A DNA stretch of 63,474 nt, counting the filler, from Octopus bimaculoides (taxonomy: Eukaryota), in assembly GCF_001194135.2 (NCBI RefSeq). It is 10 parts of 9 records of this genome, joined end to end, with 100 filler letters (N's around TTAATTAATTAA, not from the genome) between each part and the next. Parts side by side here need not be neighbours in the genome. Positions count along the whole stretch, not along the records: positions 44,243 to 53,111 come from NC_068991.1; positions 53,212 to 55,328 come from NC_068981.1; positions 55,429 to 56,736 come from NC_068988.1; positions 56,837 to 60,627 come from NW_026350077.1; positions 60,728 to 63,474 come from NC_069001.1; 5 more parts are not named here. One strand, given 5' to 3'. Position 1 is the first letter of the stretch. Each line of letters begins with the position of its first letter. The notes under the pieces are model-generated. The model worked only from the letters and a program-made list of their open reading frames with translations. It did no database searches and was not told the origin of the DNA. This document shows, piece by piece, positions 50,810-63,474 of this stretch. A program made the position numbers and the translations under genes.

Positions 50810-52610
50810 GGGCTGCAGAATTTAAAGATTAATTAATCGATTAATCATTAATTTATTTTAATGATTAAGTTTTTGTTTTAACAATTAATTTTTTATTAAT
50901 TGGTTTCCAATTTAATTTTCTACCCATCATTAATAAATGTGCCAGAAGTTGGGAAGCAATAGTAACAACAGTAAAATGGCGGTGGAGAAGAATTGAGTTA
51001 TGAAGTATAAACCTATATCAGGTCGATTACATGAACATTTTTGATTTAAATAGTTGGCTGATGGTAATATCAAAACTGCTGATAACATTTATTGCATCCA
51101 TTGCGACAAATCATTTGCATGCCATGGATCTAACATACCATTTACTTACCACCTTCAAAACAAACATTCGCTACAGTATTCAAAACCTCAGCTCGCAATA
51201 TCAGCTTCATTTAGTCAGTCTACGGCAGCGGTGTCATCTACCTCCAAGCAGACTACTTTGAGTCAATTTTATCATCAGTTTGATCATCCGGTAAGTGCTA
51301 CCATACGTGACATTAAGATATCACTTGCAAACTAGATAGCTAATAGTGGAAGACCAATATCAATAGTAGAAGATGATGGTCTTCAGCAAGTGTTGCATAC
51401 AGCACTTCAAAATACCAAATATAAACTACCTTCCTGGCGCACTATTGATAAAATGTTGACTGATATTTATAATAGCAAAAGAGAAAGAGTTAAGGAAACA
51501 GTGGAAATTTTTGAACATCCCTAGGTAATGAAAAGTTATTGCAGTATCACCAGCCATTGGATTGCTGATGACTGGAATTTAATAAGTGTTATTCTTGAAT
51601 GTATGCATGTTGTTGAATGTCACTATTCTAACAATGTTGCTGAGTTATATAAGCAATTTGTAAAAGACTGGGATATAACAAAGAAGATTCAGGTTCTAGT
51701 AACAAACAATGCACGAAATTTGGTTTCAGCTGTTAATCAAACTGTTCGATTCTGATTGGGAAAAGATTTCAAAATACATCAATGTTTTAGACTTATTCTG
51801 TCAGGTTACGGTCCAGCTTGGCAGTGAAAAATATGTCGTGTAGCTGTGTATTGTCACTGTTATTGTCTTTGACAAAGTACATGACTGTAAATGATGATGA
51901 TCCAGGTTATATAGCCGGGTTCAAGGCAGCATCTGTTAATGACTTCAGCAAAAGAGAATTGAAATATTACAGATTGCAACAGCACTTGATCCACGATATA
52001 AAAACTTGAAGTGTTTATCACATGATTCCAAAGAACAAACTTGGTTAGTTATTGGACAGCAAATAGCAGCACAAGATGATATTGACAGTGTCAGTAAAAC
52101 TATTTGCAAACCAAATGAAAAGTGTATTAAGCTGATGACCCAGACTTAGAAGAGGATGTCGAAAATACTTCGGATGAAGTACAGCGATATAAATGGGAGA
52201 AAAAAGTTGCTGAATTAGTTGATCCACAACAATGGTGGAAACTTAATGAACATTGAGATCCGAAATTAGCATTTTTTGCCAAGACTGTTCTGTGCATACC
52301 AGCTACCTCGGTTCTGTGTGAACGATTATTTAGCTCTGTTGCTTACATTGTTAACAAGACGCGCTCATCACTTGAACCAAATACTGTTAACATTCTTGTG
52401 TGTTTATGTAGCTGGTTATCCAACAACATTTGAGTAAGTAAACACCTATGCTATTTCTTGCTTTTAACTGAATTTTAATTGAAATATCATAAACTTGTCA
52501 ATAAATGCAACTGCAGACATTTTTGTGTATTAATTGAAATTAACTATTAATTAATCATTAATTTCTCAAAAGTTAATAATTAAAATTAAATTAATTGTTA
52601 CCAGCCCCAA
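50807..52610 (+). mobile_element. Decayed hAT transposon (BED-finger type), internally deleted
   Basis: Termini TAGGGGCTG / T(T)GGGGCTG with ATTAATCGATTAAT subterminal motifs. BED finger CIHC...HLQNKH, catalytic region ITSHWI...LVTNNARN, and dimerization domain WWK...IPATSV..ERLFS. The TSD is not resolved. Confidence 0.88.
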
Positions 52611-52614
52611 TATA

Positions 52615-53111
52615 CTGGGATACTGGGAGCTGGCCACGGATTTGGGAAGTCTAGCAATTTTTCCACTTATAAAAACAACAAAAAGACCAGACTTAGTCAT
52701 ATGGAACACAGAACAGAGAATAGGAATCTTGCTAGAACTGACAGTACCATGGGAAGAAAACATCGACAATGCAGAGAAACGAAAGGAGAAGAGATATGAA
52801 AAACTAATCGAAGAGTGCAGAGAACAGGGATGGACTGTCGAGTACTACCATCTGGCTTCATCGAAAGAAAAATGACAACGCTATTCAAGAGAAGATTTGC
52901 GTTTTCAAACTCGGAACTGAGAAAACTGATAAGGAGGATACAGGAGGTGGTCGAAAAAGCCAGCTTCTATATATGGCTGAAGCGGGAAGACCGAATAATA
53001 TGGCTTGAAAGTCATAACATGTCTAGGTGAGACAGGCTGACACTGAAGTGGCTTCGCGCCCTCCATTGTCAGTTAAAGTTCAGACAGTGTCATGTGACAA
53101 CTTGCTGGGGC
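52615..53111 (+). mobile_element. 3' end of a HERO/R2-group LINE (restriction-like endonuclease)
   Basis: TTKRPDLVIW...LLELTVPWEEN...KRYEKL..EC...GW, then (frameshifted) GF...EKASFYIWLKRED. Confidence 0.75.
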
Positions 53112-54204
53112 NNNNNNNNNNNNNNNNNNNNNNNNNNNNNNNNNNNNNNNNNNNNTTAATTAATTAANNNNNNNNNNNNNNNNNNNNNNNNNNNNNNNNN
53201 NNNNNNNNNNNGCTACAAATGCAAAATTGGGTTGAGCCTGCAAATTACTACAGTGGGCCTGAATCCTGTTCACAAGATGAATCACATAAATTCCCTCCAA
53301 TTCCGTTCAGTATACTGAAATATCGTTTTTGTCGACTGGCTTGTAATTTGTAATAAACAAAGTTAATTTACTGCAATCTGCGTAACAGCTTTTCTTTCCA
53401 GTCTTATCGTAAATATTGTATTAGATTTTCAGAAATATATTGCTGCTACTTTTGATTGATAAAGTTTCTTTTACTCACCATTCTTTACCTACTTCTGTCT
53501 AATTATTTACTCAAATTAAATTTTACAGCTCTATTCTATTTCCATATTGCATACTTAGGCACACAATGATAAGAAAAGGCATACTTTCATGCACATGTAT
53601 AGAAACTTATATACATGCGCGTGTGTATAAATATATATACATTCAAGAAAGACAAAAGGAGGCTGATAAAGTTTCACGCAATTCATTTGATTGCACTCAT
53701 ACTTGAAGCAAAAGATAAATTCCTCACAAATCACATTCTGTTGTCTTAAATAGAAGTTGTCTTACATTGAGTAAATCAGTCACTGATATAGAAGAGAACG
53801 GATTGGACACAAACAGAAACTCCATTCACAATACCACAACTATATATTAAACAATATTTTAATGTGTTTCTAATTTTTGTTTCCCAAGAGATTATCAATG
53901 TTGTTACTTGATATGCAAAATGTAACAGCTACTTCATAAAATCATACTCCATATTCCTACAGGAACACACACATTCAAGTGCACGTGTATATAATGTATG
54001 AAAAGTTTACGTTAAGGTGGCGATGTATAACCATCATTTTCAATCTCTATGAGGTAGGCAGTAAAGTGAAGACGTTTTCGAAGAGATGTAAGGATTTTTG
54101 GTAACATCCTTGTTTATACCGATCGCAATGTATACATACGAAAATCAAGAAACTTTATATACATAGATACAAACATACATACATACATACATACACACAT
54201 GCAT

Positions 54205-54238
<34 letters not shown>

Positions 54239-54557
54239 ATATATATGAACGTATAGAGGAGAGCGGTGAAAATGCAGGCACCCATCTATTCGCCGGCGAT
54301 TATCTTTAAACTGGAGACGTTCACTTTTGTTCCTTTGCATATTGTATGTAACAGAAATCGTGTTCTCAACTGGAATGCATATAAAATTATGCTTTCGACA
54401 TTTAATTGGCATGAGACGTTAGAACAGATACCCACATCTTCGACGAAAATCAAAATTGTAAAATGAACTTTGTTAATACTGTTACTGCATATATATATAT
54501 ATATATATATATATAAGCAATAATAAATCCCTGGACGGGGTATAGACATTAGCTGCA

Positions 54558-54890
54558 ACGTGGACTATATTTGCCACTTAAATGCTGCGGCTAACCATTA
54601 TGGGTGAATGCTACCGTAGCTTATAGCCCCAGGAGAACACCTTCGGGACTCCTTCGCATTGAAGACCGGTGATTGTCGAGCGCTGACGAAGGGTAAATAC
54701 GCAGAAACTCGGGTTCCTGCGTATCACGTCAGGTTGATAATTGGAAAGATGACTTCCCTTTGTAAATACTGATAGGGTACAGAAAGTGTGTCAATAGCCA
54801 GCTAGAGAAGATGTTCTCCTCGGGCTACAAGCTGCAGTAGCATTCACCCTTAGTGGTTAGCCGCATTTAAGAGGCAAATATAGTTCACGT
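54558..54890. mobile_element. 333-bp fold-back element with long TIRs (about 85 bp) and a central hammerhead-like motif
   Basis: 54558-54643 is an imperfect reverse complement of 54808-54890 (ACGTG(G/A)ACTATATTTGCC...GGAGAACA(C/T)CTT). CTGACGA...GAAACTCGGGTT lies at 54683-54715. Confidence 0.75.
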
Positions 54891-54978
54891 ATATATATAA
54901 TCATGGTAAAAATAGGAGTGATAATAGCAATAGCAATAATGATATCAATAATAATAATAATCATACACCCGTAGTCAT

Positions 54979-55010
<32 letters not shown>

Positions 55011-55541
55011 TTATATATATACATATGAAGAATAATAATAAACGGAGCAAAACGCATATAATCAATAAGTTCCTTTAATTCCAAGGAATTAAAGGAACTT
55101 ATTGGCCATATACGTTTTGGTCCATTTATTATTATTCTTCATATCTACTCAAAATACATCACTTTAACTTGGAATTTCTACCCATTAACCAGGTATGATA
55201 TCCCAGTTTTTGTATATGATTTTTGCTACCCTGGTAACTATCAACATATTTATATTATCGAAGTCTTTTCAACCAAGATAATATTAATATATACATAAAT
55301 TTATATATATATATATATATATATATATNNNNNNNNNNNNNNNNNNNNNNNNNNNNNNNNNNNNNNNNNNNNTTAATTAATTAANNNNNNNNNNNNNNNN
55401 NNNNNNNNNNNNNNNNNNNNNNNNNNNNTATATATATATAAACTTATTTCTGATATATATATATATATATTCATATATATATATACATATATATAAATAT
55501 ACGCACAGACGCACACACACACAGATAGATAGATAGATAGC

Positions 55542-55604
<63 letters not shown>

Positions 55605-57280
55605 TAAAGTATATATATTTATATAATTACTTAAGAATTAATATATTACGTACATATATACATATATACATGCGTGTATGCATAAATGTATGTATGTATG
55701 AATGTATGCATGCATGCATGTATGCATGTATATATGTACGTTTGTATAATATATAACCGCTTGCTTATTAATTGATTTTGAAATTGACTGCAGTGCAGTC
55801 AATGTAAGGTAAATCTAAAGCAAAGCCGATGGGTGAAACATAGTTCGCTTCTTTGTCATAAATAGGAAACACACCCGTCTGTTGTAATGACTGCCCTTAA
55901 CCTTGTTAAGTAAATCTTATTATACAGCAGCTGTTTCATAAAAAGAACTTTCTTTGTCCAAACAACCAGTTGCTCAACCCGTTAGCAATAGCAACAAGGT
56001 AGCCCTTTTGTGTTAAAGGAGACTTTGGTTTAATGTAAACCTATATACCGTACCAGGATAAATAGATGGGAATGGATAGGATGGTCATATCTGGAACTTA
56101 TTTGTTAATAAAATAGGAAGACACATATATATTTATATACGCATGTATGTATGTATGTATGTATGTATGTATGAATAGAGACAGATAGATAGATAAATAA
56201 AAACAGAGAGGTGAGGGATACATACATGGAAATAGATACGTACACACACACACACGCACACATACACACACACACGCACACATACACACACACGCACACA
56301 TGCACACACACACACGCACACATACACACACACATCATCATCATTATCATCATCATGCATATATAAATACATATAGCACACATACAGAATCATACATATC
56401 ACGTAATTTTTCATTCAAAATTGCTAGAAACAGCAGTCAAATCATCCTCAAATCAAGCCTTTGAATATGTGCCTTATACACTTCTGACGATTATGTTTAA
56501 TATTTTGACTTTTATTTGTTTCAATCATTGAATGGCAGCCATGTTGAAGGGATTAGTGCAGTGGTACTCAACCTTTGCACACCGGTTCCCAACAGTGGTT
56601 CCCAATGCGTTTATTTAAATGAGTTTTCTCACGGATCCCTTTTAATATGCATATCCTTATATATATATATATATATATAAATTGGAAGAGGACGGGTGGC
56701 GTTCAATCATATAATAATATGAATAATATATATATANNNNNNNNNNNNNNNNNNNNNNNNNNNNNNNNNNNNNNNNNNNNTTAATTAATTAANNNNNNNN
56801 NNNNNNNNNNNNNNNNNNNNNNNNNNNNNNNNNNNNTACATACATACATACATACACACATATACACATACAAATACATGTGCATGAATATATCTTAATG
56901 TCGTTCGCTTGTATGCAGAAGACATGGAAGTTCTCTCACATTCTGTCTTGCTAACCGTTGTGCTGACAGAACTACTTGGTCTACTTTCCCAAGCGTATCA
57001 CTAACTATAACGAAGAAGCCGTTTTTTTTTTCTCCAGTTAATTGAAGCGGGAGTCGACCTCTGAACGCACAGCCCCAAACCAGAAACAACAAGGTATCTT
57101 GTCCTATGCCCTATCATGGGCCAGTCTGCCGTATTCACTTACTATTAGCTACTTGATCGAAAGCGAAATGGAGACAAATTTTGCCTTAACGGGATTTGAA
57201 CAAATGTACTTAAATCACTATAAAGTGAGAAAAGTTGGCTAAAATCGAGGCTATTTAATTAGGCAGAGACTCTGAGAATT

Positions 57281-57665
57281 GTTGTTGTTGGCACTCCGTC
57301 GCTTACGACGTCGAGGGTTCCAGTTGATCCGATCAACGGAACAGCCTGCTCGTGAAATTAACGTGCAAGTGGCTGAGCACTCCACAGACACGTGTACCCT
57401 TAACGTAGTTCTCGGGGATATTCAGCGTGACACAGAGTGACAAGGCTGACCCTTAGAATTACAGGCACGACAGAAACGGGAAGTAAGAGCGAGAGAAAGT
57501 TGCGGTGAAAGAGTACAGCAGGGTTCGCCGCGATCCCCTGCCGGAGCCTCGTGAAGCTTTAGGTGTTTTCGTTCAATAAACACTCACAACGCCCGGTCTG
57601 GGAATCGAAACCACGATCCTATGACCACGAGTCCGCTGCTCTAACCACTGGGACATTGCGCCTCC
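57281..57665 (-). mobile_element. SINE family A, full length, (CAA)n tail, 12-bp TSD with one mismatch
   Basis: Same body as 28392-28763. ACTCTGAGAATT at 57269-57280 versus ACACTGAGAATT at 57666-57677. Confidence 0.9.
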
Positions 57666-59399
57666 ACACTGAGAATTAGGCGAGAACTATTCATACAAAT
57701 TCGTAGGAGTAGATGAGACTGATAAAATGCAATACACAGAAGTGAAAAGTTGAATTAGGAAAGAGAACTTCTGAAGATTCAGACAAATATTAGTTTCCAA
57801 CTTTGGCACAAGGCCAGCAATTTCGGTGGATGTGGCAAATCGATTACTAAACAGGTGCTTATTTCATCAACCACGAAAGGATGAAAGGCAAAATCGACTG
57901 CGGCGGAATTTGAATTCAGAGCGTAAAGTCGGATGAAATGCCGCTCAGCATTTTACCCGGCTTGTTAACGATTCAGCTAGATCACCGCCTTAAGTGAGAC
58001 TAATACCAAAATTGGAATTCAACGTTGGAAACAAAAGAAGGAGGTATAGACACACCAGCCATTCTAGTCATAAATTACAGCTTCAATACCTATAAACAGG
58101 TAACATGGGGGAAAGAAAACCCAAAACTTTTCTCTCTGTAAATAGAGATTAAGAAAACGTTTAAGAACAAGCCAGGAACTACAGTAAGGTAAATGGCTAG
58201 ATAAGATAAAATAATAACAAAATATAGAATAAAAACGATGAAAGAGAAAATACAAACGGAATTTCACAATATCTAGAAGACAAACTGGAGGAGAAAAATC
58301 ACTGTGTGGCCAGTAAATAGCAAGACCCGATAGAAAAGAAGTGAGTCATATGTATACCTAACAATGGTTCGAAAGTTCTGGGTTAAAAATGGAAAGTGAA
58401 AGTCTGGACCGATGCTTAGTCATAAACGACTTCAATACTTTTTATTCCTTACCGTTTATTTGTTTCTGTCATTGGACTACGACTATGCTGGTACTTATTC
58501 GATCGGCAACTTTAACCGAAGTATTAAGCTACAGGGATGTAAACGAACCAACACCACTTTTCAAGCGATATGTAGACAAGCATGTAACACAGACACACCT
58601 ACCGTCTCTCTTACTCACACACTCACGCACGTACACACACTNNNNNNNNNNNNNNNNNNNNNNNNNNNNNNNNNNNNNNNNNNNNNNNNNNNNNNNNNNN
58701 NNNNNNNNNNNNNNNNNNNNNNNNNNNNNNNNNNNNNNNNNNNNNNNNNNNNNNNNNNNNNNNNNNNNNNNNNNNNNNNNNNNNNNNNNNNNNNNNNNNN
58801 NNNNNNNNNNNNNNNNNNNNNNNNNNNNNNNNNNNNNNNNNNNNNNNNNNNNNNNNNNNNNNNNNNNNNNNNNNNNNNNNNNNNNNNNNNNNNNNNNNNN
58901 NNNNNNNNNNNNNNNNNNNNNNNNNNNNNNNNNNNNNNNNNNNNNNNNNNNNNNNNNNNNNNNNNNNNNNNNNNNNNNNNNNNNNNNNNNNNNNNNNNNN
59001 NNNNNNNNNNNNNNNNNNNNNNNNNNNNNNNNNNNNNNNNNNNNNNNNNNNNNNNNNNNNNNNNNNNNNNNNNNNNNNNNNNNNNNNNNNNNNNNNNNNN
59101 NNNNNNNNNNNNNNNNNNNNNNNNNNNNNNNNNNNNNNNNNNNNNNNNNNNNNNNNNNNNNNNNNNNTATATATATATATATATATGCTTTACTCAAAGT
59201 GCCGTATAGTTTTACTGAACCCGAGACAACGTGGTTGCAAAGCGAGCTTCTTGATAACACACCCATGTCTGCATCTGTGAAAGAAAGTACTGAGATCAAG
59301 TGCAGGCTATGTAACCTGTACACTGAGACGGTTGACTTTTTTACCTCCGGTTACCCAGTCTCTTCTATGTTCTAATACGTTCGCAGCCACGACCGAGTC

Positions 59400-60070
59400 A
59401 GTTAATATGCCTCCTGGACAATAAATATACCGATACTTCTTCATGGAGACGTTAAAGAAGCAGTATAAGCATGTCAGTGACACGTGGCATAACATAGGAC
59501 TCAACCAAAATCAAATGAGATATGCCTTTCTAAAGCGGAAAGAATGTCAAAGAAAATTGTCTAGATATAATAAAGAACTTGACAAAGATATCCGTACGCT
59601 GACAAACATCTCGGCTCACTTGGATTACAGCATTTTCCAAAATACAAGGATATTAAAATTGAAAAAAAAGGATAGAGGGATTATGAAAATGAAAACGGTT
59701 CCGATAACTAAAGGACTAAATGTAGCAAATTATGAAGAAAAACATACAAACCATACCAGCGCCCTCAAGGTTATACACAAAACAAAAAATAGCCCCGCAA
59801 TGTAAAACCCGCATCCTACGTTAAATACTTTCGATTAAAACCAGAAGGCTTATGCACACGACATATATTCTATGCAATCACCATTGAATATAATAACACA
59901 ACTTACATAACGTATATATACTACACGATCAACACCCAATAAAATAACATCCACTCCAACATAACTGATACTCGACACTATATCACCAACCAACACCTCG
60001 CACAACTTATATTCTACGCAGCTGCAACTCATTAATGCTTATGTAAACCACACACACCACACATTTATAC
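59400..60070 (+). mobile_element. Possible Penelope-like ORF N-terminal remnant
   Basis: Basic 120-aa ORF (59443-59805) containing TKGLN, which resembles the SKGLNF motif upstream of Penelope RT. Weak evidence. Confidence 0.35.
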
Positions 60071-60233
60071 ACTTATCCTAGCTCGACATTAAAACGCATG
60101 CAATTCCGATCACACGGCACATACCGAACACACGAACACAGTTTTACTATCCCAGAATGCAATGCTGCACACACCTCAAGAACACGGAAGTGCATTTGGG
60201 GATGTAGTAGAAACTGAGGAAAAAAACTGTTGG

Positions 60234-60264
<31 letters not shown>

Positions 60265-61977
60265 GATAACAACAATAATAATGGTATCTAATAATGACAC
60301 AGGACCAGAAACTTTTAGGAGCAGTGTTAGTCGATTACATGATCAGTTCTTTTGCCTTCCATCGCCTCTGGGGATGGAAGGCAAAATTTAGCCTCAGAAC
60401 GGAACTCAGAGCGGAAAGAGTCGGAATAAATACACAAAACATTTTGCCCGACGCTCTAGCGATTCCACTAGTTCACCAGTATTAATTCTTTCTATTATAG
60501 GCACAAGGCCTGAAATTTTGGAGGAGGGGAATAATTGAATACAGCGGGCCTCGCGTTTTACAGGTACTTACTTTATTGACCCCGTAAGGATGAAAGGCAA
60601 AGTCGAACTCAGCGGAATTTGAACTCANNNNNNNNNNNNNNNNNNNNNNNNNNNNNNNNNNNNNNNNNNNNTTAATTAATTAANNNNNNNNNNNNNNNNN
60701 NNNNNNNNNNNNNNNNNNNNNNNNNNNCTGTCGTTTTCAAGAGCATTAGATAGGAGTTCCTGATAATGATGTCATACATACTAATGTTTTGTGTGTGTGT
60801 AGATATATGTATGTATATATGTGTGCAAGATGGCTGATTCTGCGATCTTGCCAACTTATAACAACAACAATAGAAATAATAATAATAACAATAATAATAA
60901 TAATAATAACAATAATGATAATCCTTTCTATTACAGTCACAAGGGCTGAAATTTGGTAGGAGGGAGCTAGTCAATTACATTGACCCCAACGTTTCACTGA
61001 CTCTGAAAGGATGAAAGGCAAAGTCGACCTCAGCAGAACTTGAATTCAGAACATGAAGACGGACGAAATGCCGCTAAGCATTTTGCCTGGTGTGCTACTG
61101 ATTCTGTAGTCTTGCCAACTTATAACAACAACAACAATAATAATGATAATAATGGCAGCAGTAACAATAATAATGACACAATGGTTATGTGAAATATTCT
61201 TGAACATTTCGTCCATTTATAGAAACCAAATACCTTGAAATTATATTATACCCCACATATATATACACACACAAACACACACTCTCTCACTTTCCCCCCA
61301 TTCCTCACCCTCTTTTACTATCCTATATATATCTCTCTCCACCCCCTACACATTCAATAATACTATAAAAAGAGACAAATCCTCTCAAGAAAAATTAAAT
61401 CTGGAGAATCTGCAAGAATAGATGCAAGCGCTAATTTATAAAAAACATGTGACATATTAATAAAAATAGGTAAATGTACAACCATCCAGATATCTGAGTA
61501 CCTAATTATTTTTTCTAATATATATATATATATATATATNNNNNNNNNNNNNNNNNNNNNNNNNNNNNNNNNNNNNNNNNNNNNNNNNNNNNNNNNNNNN
61601 NNNNNNNNNNNNNNNNNNNNNNNNNNNNNNNNNNNNNNNNNNNNNNNNNNNNNNNNNNNNNNNNNNNNNNNNNNNNNNNNNNNNNNNNNNNNNNNNNNNN
61701 NNNNNNNNNNNNNNNNNNNNNNNNNNNNNNNNNNNNNNNNNNNNNNNNNNNNNNNNNNNNNNNNNNNNNNNNNNNNNNNNNNNNNNNNNNNNNNNNNNNN
61801 NNNNNNNNNNNNNNNNNNNNNNNNNNNNNNNNNNNNNNNNNNNNNNNNNNNNNNNNNNNNNNNNNNNNNNNNNNNNNNNNNNNNNNNNNNNNNNNNNNNN
61901 NNNNNNNNNNNNNNNNNNNNNNNNNNNNNNNNNNNNNNNNNNNNNNNNNNNNNNNNNNNNNNNNNNNNNNNNNNNNN

Positions 61978-62032
<55 letters not shown>

Positions 62033-62808
62033 GTATATTTGAATCGCTTTCTATGAATCCTCTGCATTTACAGGAGAAACAGCTGAAAGTTAATAAAGTT
62101 TATAACAAAACCATTGTTTGTCCTGTGTCATTTCTTTTACTTATATGTAAATTTATATATACGTACGTACATATATCTAGAGCCAAAAGAACATGAGAAG
62201 ACAAATTATGTTCAATAATTGATTAGAAGTAGAACAAACAGCATATAATTCAAAACATCAGTTAACTGTTATGCTATCACATTTGAAACAGCAAATATAC
62301 AAATAAATTATTAGCGACAGAAGCAGTATCAACACCGAGAGATAATCTTTATATCCAGCTTAACATGGATGTGTTGTTAGAACACCCAATACTGCATTAT
62401 TAGCCTCGAGAGATCCTCCCTTATAGGTGCTTGGTGCATAAAAGCACACACACACAGATTGTAGTAGATGAGAATTGTCTGTCACTCACTGGCAACAGAA
62501 TACCTGTATCATGTGATTTCATTCTAGTGGTGATCCATCAGTGAGAGGCGTCCGGCCACCACATACCAGTCAAATCTCACTGCTAAGATATATTAAATAT
62601 CAGCATCTCATCAGACAGTGATGTTACAAATGACCAGCAGGCTTATGCAATCACATGATTTGGGAATTTCAGCGGCTATGACAGATGAATCTTGTTTGCT
62701 ACAATGTATGTGCATGCTTTTATGCACCATTCAATTATATGAGGGGATCACTTAAGGCCAATGATGCAGTATTCAGTGCTCTAACAACACATCCTTGTTA
62801 AGTTAGAC

Positions 62809-62839
<31 letters not shown>

Positions 62840-63474
62840 CATTTATATATACACACACACATGTAAGGTTATATAGAGAGATAAAAAGCAGCAATATTTA
62901 ATGAACTTTAAGAAGCAAGTAGAGGCAACCTACAATGAGAAAAAAACGAAGCCACTTTTATTTGCTAATATCAACAAAGAAAAATAATAAACTGCCACAT
63001 GGTGCCACACTAAGCAATAAAGAGACAAAAGCTCTGAGGAATAATAATAATAATAAAAATAATAATTTTTATGATAGGCACAAGGCCTGACATATGGGGG
63101 GAAGGGGATAGTCAATTACATTGACCCCAGTACTTCACTGGTATTTATTTTATCGACCCCACCAGAGAATGAAAAGCAAAGTCGACCTCAGCAGAATTCG
63201 AACTCAGAAACATAAAGACGGACAAAATGCTTAAAAAATATTTTCTTAACTGAAAAAAAGCAAAAAAAAAAAAGCAAGGGAGGGTAGTTTGGTTTGAATT
63301 AGTGTCTTTATGTCTGTAATTTGTTGCTTTTAGAAAAGAAATATTTGGATGCTTGGTTTTATTATATTTTTTTTTTCTTCTAGGGATTTATCAGAATAAA
63401 TGTGAAATATTAAGAATAAAAGCAAATGTTTTTGAAAGCTACAGAGTGCAAATAGCATATACATATATATATAC

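Noticed and set aside
56560-56645. CAGTGGTACTCAACC start resembling a hAT-Charlie MITE (similar end near 32020)
   Set aside because: The matching second terminus is not visible, so it is too fragmentary to call.
57590-57665. tRNA-like sequence with A and B boxes (also about 28690-28763)
   Set aside because: It is the head of a TSD-flanked SINE, not a tRNA gene.
4709-60683. Nine identical TTAATTAATTAA palindromes, superficially a dispersed motif or repeat-spacer array
   Set aside because: Each is centred in a uniform N block and has stops in all frames, i.e. a scaffolding spacer.
916-62067. Many long ORFs in the track composed of X, YI/CV/HT, poly-M/T/H or RVRVS repeats
   Set aside because: They arise from N-gaps, microsatellites and the telomere-like array, not from genes.
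62503-62548. Hammerhead-like CTGATGG...GAAATCACATGATA on the minus strand
   Set aside because: The core is mutated and stems I and II do not pair; at most an old relic.

Overview
AT-rich, microsatellite-dense eukaryotic scaffold with many N-gaps. The repeat families look cephalopod, most likely Octopus; this is inferred from recalled family features, and no database search was run. One host gene is supported: the first coding exon (39897-40533, minus strand) of a BMP/TGF-beta ligand, best matching ADMP. It has a signal peptide, an extra N-terminal RKRR furin site and a phase-1 GT donor. The downstream exon(s) are not visible, so 1-39896 is probably one very large intron, or they lie in N-gaps. 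Almost everything else is decayed transposable elements: RTE LINEs with a PHD-like finger inside the RT, Tx1/L1, CRE-, R4/Dong- and HERO-like LINE fragments, two Gypsy (K02A2.6/Mag-like) relics, Penelope-like elements, Tc1, mariner, DD37D/maT, hAT, MITEs and three tRNA-derived SINE families. The most striking non-coding signal is a set of minimal type-I hammerhead ribozyme motifs with palindromic helix III. Three have complete catalytic cores (6554-6667, 14898-14959, 17697-17786); several more are decayed, often by CpG-type changes. They sit in Penelope-like terminal repeats and in two fold-back structures.
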